From NCBI GenBank assembly GCA_033764495.1, contig JANRIY010000050.1, positions 8,617 to 72,616 of the forward strand: 64,000 nucleotides of DNA. Reading direction: 5' to 3'. Below, one piece after another: positions 7,738-17,830 of this stretch (the first letter of the stretch is position 1; the number at the start of each line of letters is the position of its first letter). The notes under the pieces are model-generated. The model saw only the letters and a list, made by a program, of their open reading frames with translations. It ran no database searches and was not told where the DNA came from. The position numbers and the translations under genes are program-made. This DNA is from Sphingopyxis sp. Lineage in GTDB: Bacteria; Pseudomonadota; Alphaproteobacteria; Sphingomonadales; Sphingomonadaceae.

Positions 7738-10490
7738 CCGACCGCTTCGCCAGCCTTGACGACCGCCGCGCCATCATCGACCGGCGCGCACTGGCCGATG
7801 CGCTCGACACAGCGATGGCGAATGCGCGGCACGGCAGCGCGCGGCGGCGCATTTTGGTGCTCATGCTCAAAGATGCGCTGGACGCGGGGCGGGCCGAGGT
7901 AGCGCGGCGGCTGGCCCTCCACCCTACCGCCGGACGCGCGGCGGCGCTGGCGCAAACCTTTCTGATCGACCAGATCATCCGGTTGGCGCACGATGTCGTG
8001 ACCGACCACCTCTATCCTTCGGGCAACAAATCATCGGGTGAACGCCTCGCATTGATCGCAGTCGGGGGTTATGGCCGCGCCGAGCTGTGCCCGCACAGCG
8101 ACGTCGACATCGGCTTCATCACCCCGTTCAAACAAACCAGCTGGACCGAACAGGTGATCGAGGCGATGCTCTACACCTTCTGGGATCTGGGGCTGAAGGT
8201 CGGCCATTCATCGCGCTCGGTTGACGAGATGATCCGCGCTGCGCGCGACGATCTGACCGTGCGTACCGCGCTTTTGGAAGCGCGCTTCATCTGGGGCGAT
8301 CGTGCGCTTTACGAAGCCGCCGCGGCGCGCTTTGCTGCCGAGGTGGTGGCGGGCAATGCCAAGGCGTTCGTCGCCGACAAGCTCGCCGAACGTGACGAGC
8401 GCCACGTCAAAATGGGCGATTCGCGCTATGTCGTCGAACCCAATGTGAAGGAAGGAAAAGGCGGCCTGCGCGATCTCCACACGCTGTTGTGGATCGGCAA
8501 ATTCATTCATCAGGTGCGCGCCGCCCCCGAACTGGTCGACGCCGGGCTGCTGACGGCGGGCGAATTGCGGCAATTTGCCCGCGCGGAAAATTTCCTGCTC
8601 GCGGTGCGCTGCCACCTTCACCTGATCACCGGGCGCACCGAGGACCGGCTGACGTTTGACGTCCAGCGCGAGATCGCCGAACGGATGCGCTTTGCCGCGC
8701 GGCCGGGCAAGAGCGCAGTCGAACGTTTCATGCAGCTATATTTCTTGCATGCCAAAGCGGTGGGCGACCTCACCGGAACATTCCTTGCGCACCTCGATGA
8801 CCAGCAGGCCGCGCGCGGTCGGCGATTCCTGCCGACGATGTTCCGCCGCCCTGCCAAACTCGGCAGCTTTGTGCTCGACCGCGGGCGGCTGGCGCTGCCT
8901 TCGGACAAACATTTTATCGAAGACCCGGTGCGCCTGCTCGAAATTTTTGCGCTCGCCGACAAGCACGGGCTGGAGGTCCATCCCACCGCGATGCGCCAGG
9001 CGCGCCACGATGCGCGGTTGATTGATCAGGCGGTGCGCCGCGATCCGCGCGCCAATGCGCTGTTTCTTGACGTACTGACGTCACCGCGTGACCCCGAAAC
9101 CGTGCTGCGCTGGATGAACGAAGCGGGGGTCTTCGGTCGTTTCATTCCCGATTTCGGCCGTGTCGTCGCGCAGATGCAGTTCGACATGTATCATCATTAC
9201 ACCGTCGATGAACACACTATCCGTGCCATCGGGCTGCTCGCGCGGATAGAGGCGGGCAAGCTTAAGGGCGATCATCCGCTGTCCAGCGTCATCATGGCGC
9301 AGATCCAATCGCGCCGCGTGCTGTACGTCGCGGTGCTGCTACACGACATCGCCAAGGGGCGCGGCGGCGACCATAGCGTGCTGGGGGCCGAACTCGCGCT
9401 CACCCTCTGTCCGCGCCTCGGCATGACGGCGGCAGAGACCGAAACCGTATCCTGGTTGGTGCGCTATCACCTGCTCATGTCGGCGACCGCCTTCAAGCGC
9501 GACCTCGCCGATTTCAAAACCATCCTGGATTTTGCGGGCGCGGTGCAATCGCCCGAACGGCTGCGCTTGCTGTTGGTGCTCACCGTGGTCGATATCCGCG
9601 CGGTCGGCCCGGGCGTGTGGAACGGCTGGAAGCGCCAATTGCTCAGCGAACTCTATGATGCCGCCGAAGAAGTGCTGCGCCTTGGCCACAAGCAGCGCGG
9701 GCGTGAGGCCCGCATCGCGGCCAAGAAAGAAGCGGCGGCGGAGCGGCTGGCGCTTGCTCCTAGCGCCTTTGACGCGCTCGCCCGGCGCTTGCCCGAAAGC
9801 TATTGGATCGCCGAATCGGTCGATGTAATCGCCGCCAACCTGCGTCACATGCTCGCCCATCCCGGCGCGGCACTCGCGGTCAGCGCCATCCCCGACGCCG
9901 ATCGCGGCGCGACCCTTGTGATGGTGCTCGCCGCCGACCATCCGGGGCTCTTCTACCGCATTGCGGGCGGCATCCATCTGGCCGGCGGCAACATCATCGA
10001 CGCACGCATCCACACCACGCGCGACGGCATGGCCCTCGACAATTTCCTGGTGCAGGATCCTTTGGGGCGGCCCTTCGCCGATGATCGCCAGATCGAACGG
10101 CTGTCGCGCGCGATCGACGATGCGCTCGCCAACCGCCAGAAATTGCTGCCCAAGCTCGCAGCCCGCCCCTTACCGCGCACCCGTGCCGAAACCTTTCGCA
10201 TCGCGCCCAATGTGCTGATCGACAACAAAGCGTCGAACCGGTTTACGGTGGTCGAGGTGAATGCACAGGACCGCCCGGCGCTGTTGAACCAGCTCGCCTA
10301 TGCGCTGTTCCAGTCGAAGGTCACCGTGCACAGCGCGCATGTCGCCACCTATGGCGAACGCGCGGTCGACGTCTTTTACGTCACCGACCTGCTCGGCGGC
10401 AAAATCGACAGCGCCGCACGCGTGCGGGCGCTGGAAAAGCGCTTGCTTGAGGCGGCTGCCGGCGAAGTGGCCGGCGCGGTCGCGGCCTAA
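7734..10490 (+). CDS. glnD: [protein-PII] uridylyltransferase/uridylyl-removing enzyme GlnD
   Basis: 918 aa with nucleotidyltransferase, HD (LLHDIAKG) and two C-terminal ACT-like regions. ATG at 7734 overlaps the mutS TGA (ATGA). Confidence 0.93.
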   Translation: MTDRFASLDDRRAIIDRRALADALDTAMANARHGSARRRILVLMLKDALDAGRAEVARRLALHPTAGRAAALAQTFLIDQIIRLAHDVVTDHLYPSGNKSSGERLALIAVGGYGRAELCPHSDVDIGFITPFKQTSWTEQVIEAMLYTFWDLGLKVGHSSRSVDEMIRAARDDLTVRTALLEARFIWGDRALYEAAAARFAAEVVAGNAKAFVADKLAERDERHVKMGDSRYVVEPNVKEGKGGLRDLHTLLWIGKFIHQVRAAPELVDAGLLTAGELRQFARAENFLLAVRCHLHLITGRTEDRLTFDVQREIAERMRFAARPGKSAVERFMQLYFLHAKAVGDLTGTFLAHLDDQQAARGRRFLPTMFRRPAKLGSFVLDRGRLALPSDKHFIEDPVRLLEIFALADKHGLEVHPTAMRQARHDARLIDQAVRRDPRANALFLDVLTSPRDPETVLRWMNEAGVFGRFIPDFGRVVAQMQFDMYHHYTVDEHTIRAIGLLARIEAGKLKGDHPLSSVIMAQIQSRRVLYVAVLLHDIAKGRGGDHSVLGAELALTLCPRLGMTAAETETVSWLVRYHLLMSATAFKRDLADFKTILDFAGAVQSPERLRLLLVLTVVDIRAVGPGVWNGWKRQLLSELYDAAEEVLRLGHKQRGREARIAAKKEAAAERLALAPSAFDALARRLPESYWIAESVDVIAANLRHMLAHPGAALAVSAIPDADRGATLVMVLAADHPGLFYRIAGGIHLAGGNIIDARIHTTRDGMALDNFLVQDPLGRPFADDRQIERLSRAIDDALANRQKLLPKLAARPLPRTRAETFRIAPNVLIDNKASNRFTVVEVNAQDRPALLNQLAYALFQSKVTVHSAHVATYGERAVDVFYVTDLLGGKIDSAARVRALEKRLLEAAAGEVAGAVAA

Positions 10491-12871
10491 CTGCGCAGCA
10501 CTGCCCCCAGCTTCGCCGCCGCTGCCACCACGGCGTCGCTGATGGCTTTGAGATCCGCATCGGTGAAGCTCTTATCGCCGGGCTGCAGCACGACCTCGAC
10601 CGCCAGACTGACCTGACCATCGGGCACACCCGCGCCGACAAAGCGGTCGAACAGCCGCGCCGCGACGATATGCGCCTTGTCCGCACCCTTGACCGCACGC
10701 ACCAGCTCGCCCGCCGCCAAAGTTTCGGGCGCGAGGAAGGCAAAGTCGCGGGTCACCGCCTGCAAGGCGGGCGGGGCGAAGGGCGCGCGCATGAAACCTG
10801 ACGCGCGCTTGGCCGGAATGGCGTCGAGATGAATCTCCGCGACCGCAACCGGCCCATCCAGATCGAACGCCTTGGCCGTCGCGGGGTGCAGCATGCCGAA
10901 CGCCGCAAGCACCGTCTTGGGCCCCAGCCGCAGCGTCGCCGACTGGCCGGGGTGATAGTGCGCGCCTGCTTCGCCCATGACCTGCAGATTGTCGGTCGGG
11001 GCGCCGGCTGCTGCCAGCAAAGCCAGCACTTCGGCCTTGGCGTCGAACGCATCGAAGCGCGCGGCTTTGCCGCTCGCCCAACCGCGCGGCATTTTTTCGC
11101 CGCCCAGTAACAGGCCCAGCGTCGGCCGTTCGATGCTGGTGCCGTCGGCGCTGCGAAAATAACGCCGCCCGATTTCAAACAGGCGGACACTGGGCGCGCC
11201 GCGATCCATATTGCGCTGCGCCGCCATCAGCAGCCCGGGCAACAGCGACGGCCGCATGACCTTCAAATCCTCGCTGATCGGATTGGCAAGCGTCCAGTCG
11301 CCCCCCCCGAACGCCGCCGCCGCATTTTCGGGCAGGAACGACCAGGTGATCGCCTCGTTCAGCCCGCGCGCCGCCGCCGTGCGCCGTACCCGCCGCTCGA
11401 CCTTCTGCATCGGTGTCGCGGTCGGCTTGGCGACCCCGTCTGCGCGGGGCAATGGGGCGCTGGCGATATTGTCGAAGCCGATGATCCGCGTCACTTCCTC
11501 GACCAGATCGGCAGGCCCATCGATGTCGCGCCGCCAACTGGGGACGGTGACTGTCCAGTCGGGTGCCACGGCAAAGCCAAGCGAAGCCAAGATGGCGGCC
11601 TGTTGCTCGGCGGGAACTTCAATCCCGCCCAGCCGCGCACAATGTGCCGGATCATAGCTCAGCGACCGCGCAGCGAGCGGGGGTTCGCCGGCGCGCACCA
11701 CCTCACTCGCTGTCCCGCCGCAAATATCGATGACCAGCGCCGTAATAATCTCGACCGCATCGTCCAGAAACGCCGGATCCACCCCGCGCTCGAACCGCGT
11801 GCGCGCATCGCTGGTCAGCCCCAGCGCCTGCCCCGTCCGCGCAATATGCTCGGGGGTGAAATAGGCGACCTCCAGCAGCACATCGGTGGTGGTCTCGCTG
11901 CACCCCGAATGTTCGCCGCCCATGATGCCCGCGATGTCATGGACACCACTGTCGTCGGCGATCACGGTCATCGCCGACGTCAGCGCATATTGCTTGCCAT
12001 TCAGCGCGGTGACGGTTTCGCCGTCCTTTGCGCGCCGCGCCACGACCGCACCGGTCAGCTTGGGCAGGTCATAGGCATGGCTCGGCCGTCCATGGTCAAG
12101 CATCACATAGTTGGTGATATCGACCAGCGCCGAAATCGGTCGCTGCCCGGCGCTCTTCAGCCGCGCCTGCATCCAGGCGGGCGACGCGCCATTGGTCACG
12201 CCTTTGATAACGCGGCCATAGAAAGCGGGGCAGCCTGCAGGATCGTCGGTGCGAATTTCGGTCGGGCAGGGATAGCTCGCTGCCACCGACGGCACTTCCA
12301 AGGGCCTCAGCGTCCCCAGCCCGGCTGCCGCCAGATCGCGCGCGATGCCGCGCACGCCCATGCAATCCTGCCGGTTGGGGGTCACCGACACATCGATCAC
12401 CGGATCGTTCAAATCGGCATAGTCGCAGAACGCCATGCCCACCGGCGCATCAGCGGGCAATTCGATGATGCCGTCATGGTCATCGCCCAGCTCCAGCTCG
12501 CGCGACGAACACATCATGCCGTTCGATTCGACGCCGCGGATCGCGGCCTTGCGCAGCACCATGCCGTTCGCCGGCACCACCGCGCCCTCGCGCCCGAACA
12601 CCCCGACCAGGCCGGCGCGCGCATTGGGCGCGCCGCACACGACCTGCAGCGGCACGCCGTCGCCACGGTCGACCGACAGCACTTGCAGCTTGTCGGCCTG
12701 CGGATGCCGCTCGGCGGTCAGCACGCGCGCAACGGTGAACCCCGCTAGGCGCTCGGCGGGGTTCTCGATGCCCTCAACCTCCAGCCCGATGCGGTTCAGC
12801 GTGTCCGCAACCGCCTGAATGTCGGCGTCGGTATCAAGGTGGCTCTTCAACCACGAAAGGGAGAATTTCAT
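10487..12871 (-). CDS. pheT: phenylalanine--tRNA ligase beta subunit
   Basis: 794 aa, [14 protein letters not shown]..., with tRNA-binding, B3/4, B5 and FDX-ACB regions. Its start overlaps the pheS stop. Confidence 0.96.
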   Translation of the reverse strand: MKFSLSWLKSHLDTDADIQAVADTLNRIGLEVEGIENPAERLAGFTVARVLTAERHPQADKLQVLSVDRGDGVPLQVVCGAPNARAGLVGVFGREGAVVPANGMVLRKAAIRGVESNGMMCSSRELELGDDHDGIIELPADAPVGMAFCDYADLNDPVIDVSVTPNRQDCMGVRGIARDLAAAGLGTLRPLEVPSVAASYPCPTEIRTDDPAGCPAFYGRVIKGVTNGASPAWMQARLKSAGQRPISALVDITNYVMLDHGRPSHAYDLPKLTGAVVARRAKDGETVTALNGKQYALTSAMTVIADDSGVHDIAGIMGGEHSGCSETTTDVLLEVAYFTPEHIARTGQALGLTSDARTRFERGVDPAFLDDAVEIITALVIDICGGTASEVVRAGEPPLAARSLSYDPAHCARLGGIEVPAEQQAAILASLGFAVAPDWTVTVPSWRRDIDGPADLVEEVTRIIGFDNIASAPLPRADGVAKPTATPMQKVERRVRRTAAARGLNEAITWSFLPENAAAAFGGGDWTLANPISEDLKVMRPSLLPGLLMAAQRNMDRGAPSVRLFEIGRRYFRSADGTSIERPTLGLLLGGEKMPRGWASGKAARFDAFDAKAEVLALLAAAGAPTDNLQVMGEAGAHYHPGQSATLRLGPKTVLAAFGMLHPATAKAFDLDGPVAVAEIHLDAIPAKRASGFMRAPFAPPALQAVTRDFAFLAPETLAAGELVRAVKGADKAHIVAARLFDRFVGAGVPDGQVSLAVEVVLQPGDKSFTDADLKAISDAVVAAAAKLGAVLRS

Positions 12872-13953
12872 GCGCCCACTCCCCCGCTCAATGTGGGCAC
12901 ATCGAGCGCGCCAAAGCCATAATGGCCCAGCCAGCGCATATCGCCGTCAAAGAAGGCGCGCAGGTCGTCCATGCCATATTTCAGCATCGCCAGTCGGTCG
13001 ACGCCCGTGCCAAAGGCAAAGCCCTGCCACTCGTCGGGATCGAGCCCGCAGGCGGCAATCACCTTGGGGTGCACCATGCCGCTGCCCAGCACCTCCATCC
13101 AGCCTTCGGACCCGCCGATCACGCGCTTGCCGTTCACCAGGCTATAGCCAACATCGACCTCGGCGCTTGGCTCGGTGAAGGGGAAATAGCTCGGCCGCAG
13201 CCGCAGCACGACATCGTCGCGCTCGAAAAAGGCTTTCAGAAACGTCTCGAGCGTCCATTTGAGGTGCCCCAGTGTGATACCGCGATCGATGACCAGCCCC
13301 TCGATCTGGTGGAACATCGGCGTGTGCGTGGCGTCGCTGTCCGACCGATAAACGCGCCCCGGCGCGATGATCCGAATGGGGGGTTGCTGCGACATCATGG
13401 TGCGGATCTGCACTGGCGACGTGTGGGTGCGCAGCAACATCTTATGGTTGCTGCCTGCGATGTCCGGGAAATAGAAAGTGTCGTGCATCGCCCGCGCCGG
13501 GTGCGTATCGGGGATGTTGAGCGCGGTGAAATTGTGCCAGTCGTCCTCAATCTCCGGCCCTTCGGCGACGGCAAAGCCCATGTCGGCGAAAATTTCGGCC
13601 AGCTCGTCCATGACTTGGCTGACCGGATGCACCGATCCGCGCGGCGCTTCGGGCGCGGGCAGCGTCAGGTCGACGCGCTCGGCTGCGAGCCGCGCGGCCA
13701 GTGCTTCGCTTTCCAATGTGGCTTTGCGTGCAGCGAGCGCGGTGCTCACCGCTTCGCGCAGACCGTTGATGCGTGGGCCTTCGCTGGCGCGCTGCTCGGG
13801 GGTCATCCCGCCCAGCGTTTTCAGCAGCGCCGACACGCTTCCGGCTTTGCCCAGCGCTTCGATGCGGATCGCCTCGACCGTGTCGAGATCGGAGGCGGTA
13901 TCGATCCGCGTCAGCAGGTCGGATTGCAGGGTATCGAGGTCACTCATCATCAT
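12868..13953 (-). CDS. pheS: phenylalanine--tRNA ligase alpha subunit
   Basis: Class II aaRS core ([26 protein letters not shown]). Three consecutive ATGs at 13953/13950/13947 leave the exact start ambiguous. Confidence 0.95.
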   Translation of the reverse strand: MMMSDLDTLQSDLLTRIDTASDLDTVEAIRIEALGKAGSVSALLKTLGGMTPEQRASEGPRINGLREAVSTALAARKATLESEALAARLAAERVDLTLPAPEAPRGSVHPVSQVMDELAEIFADMGFAVAEGPEIEDDWHNFTALNIPDTHPARAMHDTFYFPDIAGSNHKMLLRTHTSPVQIRTMMSQQPPIRIIAPGRVYRSDSDATHTPMFHQIEGLVIDRGITLGHLKWTLETFLKAFFERDDVVLRLRPSYFPFTEPSAEVDVGYSLVNGKRVIGGSEGWMEVLGSGMVHPKVIAACGLDPDEWQGFAFGTGVDRLAMLKYGMDDLRAFFDGDMRWLGHYGFGALDVPTLSGGVGA

Positions 13954-13985
13954 TTTCCCGGTAGAGCCGGTTTGCCCATAAGCGA

Positions 13986-14019
13986 AAGGGCGCGAACGGC
14001 AACTGCCGTCCACGCCCTT
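13986..14019 (-). promoter_or_regulatory. intercistronic stem-loop between rplT and pheS (possible attenuator or processing site)
   Basis: AAGGGCG (13986-13992) pairs with CGCCCTT (14013-14019), and CGGCA (13997-14001) pairs with TGCCG (14004-14008). No clean U-tract follows on the minus strand. Confidence 0.4.
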
Positions 14020-14044
14020 CTCGCGCATTCCAACAAAGTTTGCG

Positions 14045-14410
14045 TTATGCCGCTTTCGGCAACGCAGCCTTCGCCTGCGCGATGATGGTGGTAAACACCG
14101 CGCCTTCGTTCATGGCCAGGTCGGCCATGACCTTCCGGTCCAGCTCGATACCTGCCAGCTTCACGCCGTGCATGAACTGCGAATAGGTCAGGCCCTCGGC
14201 GCGGACCGCAGCGTTGATCCGCTGGATCCACAGCGCGCGGAAGTTCCGCTTCTTAACCTTGCGGTCGCGATAGGCATATTGCCCGGCCTTCTCGACGGCC
14301 TGGCGGGCGATGCGGATGGTGTTCTTGCGGCGGCCGTAAAAGCCTTTCGCCTGATCCAAAATCCGCTTGTGCTTGGTGCGCGTCGTGGTGCCGCGTTTGA
14401 TGCGTGACAT
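14045..14410 (-). CDS. rplT: 50S ribosomal protein L20
   Basis: [31 protein letters not shown]... is canonical L20. Confidence 0.97.
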   Translation of the reverse strand: MSRIKRGTTTRTKHKRILDQAKGFYGRRKNTIRIARQAVEKAGQYAYRDRKVKKRNFRALWIQRINAAVRAEGLTYSQFMHGVKLAGIELDRKVMADLAMNEGAVFTTIIAQAKAALPKAA

Positions 14411-14423
14411 GGGCGCGCGCTCC

Positions 14424-14627
14424 TTACTTCAGGCCGTACGGCGCCCACAGGCGCACATGACCCGCATCGGCATCGCTCAGCACGCTGGTGCCGCGGTTGG
14501 TGCGGATATATTTGGAATTGTGGCTGATCAGGCGGTGACGCTTGCCGGCGACGCCGTGCTTCACCTTGCCCGTCGCGGTGAATTTGAAGCGCTTCTTCAC
14601 ACCGCTTTTGGTCTTCATTTTGGGCAT
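14424..14627 (-). CDS. rpmI: 50S ribosomal protein L35
   Basis: The internal ATG at 14625-14627 gives [24 protein letters not shown]... (67 aa). GGAG lies about 7 nt upstream. The longer ORF-track N-terminus is rejected. Confidence 0.95.
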   Translation of the reverse strand: MPKMKTKSGVKKRFKFTATGKVKHGVAGKRHRLISHNSKYIRTNRGTSVLSDADAGHVRLWAPYGLK

Positions 14628-14760
14628 TTCGGTCTCCTTGTTCTGGGACAATCTCGACCGGCCCTGGCAGCCCTTGTAGCCAGGCAGGTCATCACGCGAT
14701 CGTCGGCGAAGCGGGGCCGTTAGCCAAGCGTGCGCCAAAATGCAAGCGATTCGGCGCTTT

Positions 14761-14802
14761 GTTACTATTTCAAGCTCGGCATGTTACCATTTCAAGCTCG
14801 GC
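14761..14802. repeat. tandem direct repeat, 2 copies of a 20-mer with 22-bp period
   Basis: GTTACTATTTCAAGCTCGGC (14761-14780) and GTTACCATTTCAAGCTCGGC (14783-14802) agree at 19/20. TCGGCGCTT flanks both sides (14751-14759 and 14798-14806). Locally AT-rich, in the divergent rpmI/DUF4129 intergenic region. Confidence 0.85.
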
Positions 14803-14869
14803 GCTTGCTTACGCTGACGCCTGCGTTAGGACTGGAGGCAATGCCACCGTCCTCCCCGCGCGCTTTTGC

Positions 14870-15622
14870 ATGACCGCTAAGGCTCCCACGCCTGTCAAAG
14901 GGCCGCCGCCGCAACAGCTGCCCAATGGTCCTGCGCGCGCGGAAGTGGACAGCGGCGCGCTGGCCGATCCTTGGCTCGCCGATGCCGATCTGGTCGATCC
15001 GGCCTATGCCGAAACCATGGCCAAGGAAGGTTTGCAGACCAGCCTTCCCGAAGCGCCCCCGCCACCCCCGACGCCTCGGTGGCTGGAGGACTTTTTTGAC
15101 TGGCTGGGCGACGTCTTCAATGCCATCGGCAAGTTTTTCGAAGCGACCGGCGTCGGCTTGACCTATGTGCTGTGGGGTCTCGGGGCGCTGCTCATCCTGT
15201 TCATTGCCTATCGCCTGTTCCCGGGCTTTGCCGACTGGATTAACGCGCTGCTCGGGCGCAAGGTCGAGGAAGCCGAACCCGAGCAAGGCTTGGCCGAAGC
15301 CAGCGCCGCGCGCGCGCGGCTTGCCGATGCCGACGCGCTCGCCGCCGAAGGGCGCTACGCCGAAGCCGTGCATCTGCTCCTCTATCGCAGCGTCGATGAC
15401 ATCGCCGCGCGCCGCCCTGGCCTCGTCAAACCCGCCATCACGTCGCGCGATCTTGCGGGGTCGCGCGACCTGCCCGGTATCGCGCGCGCCGCTTTTGCCC
15501 GCATCGCGCGCGCGGTTGAAGTCAGCCTGTTCGGCGGCCAGCCGGTTGATGCCAATGTGTGGGGCGAATGCCGCGCGGCCTATTCGGAATTGACCGTTCC
15601 AAAGGCATGGGCCACGGCATGA
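14870..15622 (+). CDS. DUF4129 domain membrane protein (first gene of the MoxR module)
   Basis: ATG at 14870. Pro-rich N-terminus (PPPPPTP). One TM segment (GLTYVLWGLGALLILFIAYRLF). The C-terminus (AAEGRYAEAVHLLLYRSVDDIA...SRDL...FARIARAVEVSLFGGQPV) fits the DUF4129 pattern. Confidence 0.55.
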   Translation: MTAKAPTPVKGPPPQQLPNGPARAEVDSGALADPWLADADLVDPAYAETMAKEGLQTSLPEAPPPPPTPRWLEDFFDWLGDVFNAIGKFFEATGVGLTYVLWGLGALLILFIAYRLFPGFADWINALLGRKVEEAEPEQGLAEASAARARLADADALAAEGRYAEAVHLLLYRSVDDIAARRPGLVKPAITSRDLAGSRDLPGIARAAFARIARAVEVSLFGGQPVDANVWGECRAAYSELTVPKAWATA

Positions 15623-16875
15623 GCGCCGATACCGCCCGCACCCCGTTCGACCCGCGCGTGATCGGCGCGGTGATCGTCATCGGCGTCATCGGCTTCATCG
15701 CCATGTGGGCATTGATGGCGCTCGGTCCGCAATTGTCGGCGGGCAATAATGCGCAGGGTCATGCGCTGTCGAAGGGCGTGGCGGGTTATGCCGGGATCGT
15801 CGATTATGCTGAGCGCGCCGACATTTGGGTCGATGTGCGCCGCGAAGTGGTGAAGGCAACCCCGCTGGGCGATGATGAGGGCAGCACGCTGCTGGTCCTC
15901 ACCCCTGACCAGAGCAGCGAGCCTGACGAGATCGAAGCGCTGATCAAGGCACATGGGCGCGAACCGGTGCTGATCGTGCTGCCCAAATGGCGATCCATCC
16001 CGCATCCGCAGCGCAAGGGATGGACAGGCATCGCCTTTCCGGTCACCGCGCGCCAAGATTTGTTGGACAAGGCGGACATCGGCGGCGTTGGCAAGCCGCG
16101 CATCGCACCGCTAGCCGCCACGGTGCAAACCAGCTTTGCGGGGCCAAGCAATCGCCGCGACGCCGTGACACTAGCGGCCGGGAACTGGCAACGTGTGGCA
16201 CCCGGGCCGCGCAACGCCAGCCTGCTCGCGGTGCCGGGCAGCGACGATGCATTGCTGGTGCGCAGCGCCAACCGCCGCGTCTATGTCCTCGCCGACCCCG
16301 ACCTCATCAACAATTTCGCTTTCGCCAGCCGCGAACGTGCGCGCACCGCGCTCGCCGTGCTTGATATGGTGGCAGAGGACAGCGACGCCGGTGGGATCGC
16401 CTTCGACGTCACGCTCAATGGCCTCGGCGGCGGCAGCGGCTTTCTGCGGCTCGCGTTTGTGCCGCCTTTCATCGGCATCACCGCCTGCCTGATTGCGGCG
16501 GGCCTGTTTGCGCTATGGCAGGCGGCGGCGCGTTTTGGCCCCGCGCGCGTGGCTGCGCGTGCCATCCCCATTTCCAAGCGCGCGCTCATTGAAAGCAGCG
16601 CCGAACTGGTCGCACAGACGCGGCGTGAGGCCGATGGTGCCGACGCCTGGCTGCGTGGTCAGCGCGAGGCGCTGGGGCGCGCGCTGCACGCGCCGCCGGG
16701 GCTCGAAGGTGCCGCGCTCGATGACTGGATCGACCGCCGCCGGCCGGCCAGGGTTGGGGGCGATGGCTTTGCCGCGCTCGCCCGCCGCCTCCCGCTCGCC
16801 CGTAATAGCAACGAATTATTGGGGCTCACCCGCGCCCTGCACACCATCAGAAAGGATTTGCTGCGTGAGCATTGA
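15619..16875 (+). CDS. DUF4350 domain membrane protein
   Basis: ATG at 15619 overlaps the upstream TGA (ATGA). N-terminal TM (VIGAVIVIGVIGFIAMWALMAL), a large central domain, a second TM (FVPPFIGITACLIAAGLFALW) and a cytoplasmic tail. Confidence 0.5.
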   Translation: MSADTARTPFDPRVIGAVIVIGVIGFIAMWALMALGPQLSAGNNAQGHALSKGVAGYAGIVDYAERADIWVDVRREVVKATPLGDDEGSTLLVLTPDQSSEPDEIEALIKAHGREPVLIVLPKWRSIPHPQRKGWTGIAFPVTARQDLLDKADIGGVGKPRIAPLAATVQTSFAGPSNRRDAVTLAAGNWQRVAPGPRNASLLAVPGSDDALLVRSANRRVYVLADPDLINNFAFASRERARTALAVLDMVAEDSDAGGIAFDVTLNGLGGGSGFLRLAFVPPFIGITACLIAAGLFALWQAAARFGPARVAARAIPISKRALIESSAELVAQTRREADGADAWLRGQREALGRALHAPPGLEGAALDDWIDRRRPARVGGDGFAALARRLPLARNSNELLGLTRALHTIRKDLLREH

Positions 16876-17830
16876 TAACATCGACGGCGTCGCCAATCTC
16901 GCGGGCCAGCTGCGCGCCGAAGTGGGCAAAGCCGTGGTCGGACAGGACGCCCTTGTTGATATGGTCAGCATTGCGCTGCTCGCGGGCGGCCATTGCCTGC
17001 TCGAAGGGCCACCGGGTACCGCCAAGACGCTGCTCGCCCAATGTTTCGCCCGCGCCGCAGGGCTGGGTTTCGGGCGCATCCAGTTCACGCCCGATCTGAT
17101 GCCTGGTGACATTTTGGGGTCGAACCTGTTCAACTTCCAGACCTCGACCTTCACCCTCACCAAGGGGCCGATTTTCACCGAGCTGCTGCTCGCCGACGAA
17201 ATCAACCGCACCCCGCCCAAGACGCAGGCCGCGCTTTTGGAAGCGATGCAGGAACGCCGCGTCACCATCAACGGCGAACCGCACAGTCTCAGCCCGCGCT
17301 TCACCGTGCTGGCAACGCAAAACCCGATCGAGCAGCAGGGCGTCTATCCACTGCCCGAGGCGCAGCTCGACCGCTTCCTGTTCAAACTCATCGTCGGCTA
17401 TCCCGATGCCGCCGAAGAACGGCGGATCGTCGCCGACCATGGCGGACGCTTCAAGGCGCCGGCGGCGGGCGATTTCGGGGTGACACAGATTGCCGACGCC
17501 GCGACCATCGCGGCGGCGATTGATGTCGTCGCCCAAGTGCGGCTGGCCGACGAGATTGTCGACTATATCGTGCGCCTCGTCCGCGCGACGCGCGCCACCG
17601 CCGATCTCGAATGCGGGGCCAGCCCTCGCGCCGCCAGCCTGCTTGCGCGCGCTGCCTGCGCCAGCGCGGCTATCGACGGGCGCGACTATACCATCCCCGA
17701 TGATGTCAAACGCCTCGCCGCCAATGTACTGCGCCACCGTTTGATTCTGTCTCCCGCCGCCGAAATCGACGGGCGCAATGTCGAAACGGTGGTCGAGGAA
17801 CTGGTGAACGCGACCGAGGTGCCGCGTTGA
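16865..17830 (+). CDS. MoxR-family AAA+ ATPase
   Basis: GTG at 16865 (VSIDNIDG...), 11 nt inside the upstream gene. Walker A GPPGTAKT, Walker B LLADEINR. About 321 aa, typical of MoxR. The ORF-track N-terminus from 16493 is rejected as out of family. Confidence 0.9.
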   Translation: MSIDNIDGVANLAGQLRAEVGKAVVGQDALVDMVSIALLAGGHCLLEGPPGTAKTLLAQCFARAAGLGFGRIQFTPDLMPGDILGSNLFNFQTSTFTLTKGPIFTELLLADEINRTPPKTQAALLEAMQERRVTINGEPHSLSPRFTVLATQNPIEQQGVYPLPEAQLDRFLFKLIVGYPDAAEERRIVADHGGRFKAPAAGDFGVTQIADAATIAAAIDVVAQVRLADEIVDYIVRLVRATRATADLECGASPRAASLLARAACASAAIDGRDYTIPDDVKRLAANVLRHRLILSPAAEIDGRNVETVVEELVNATEVPR

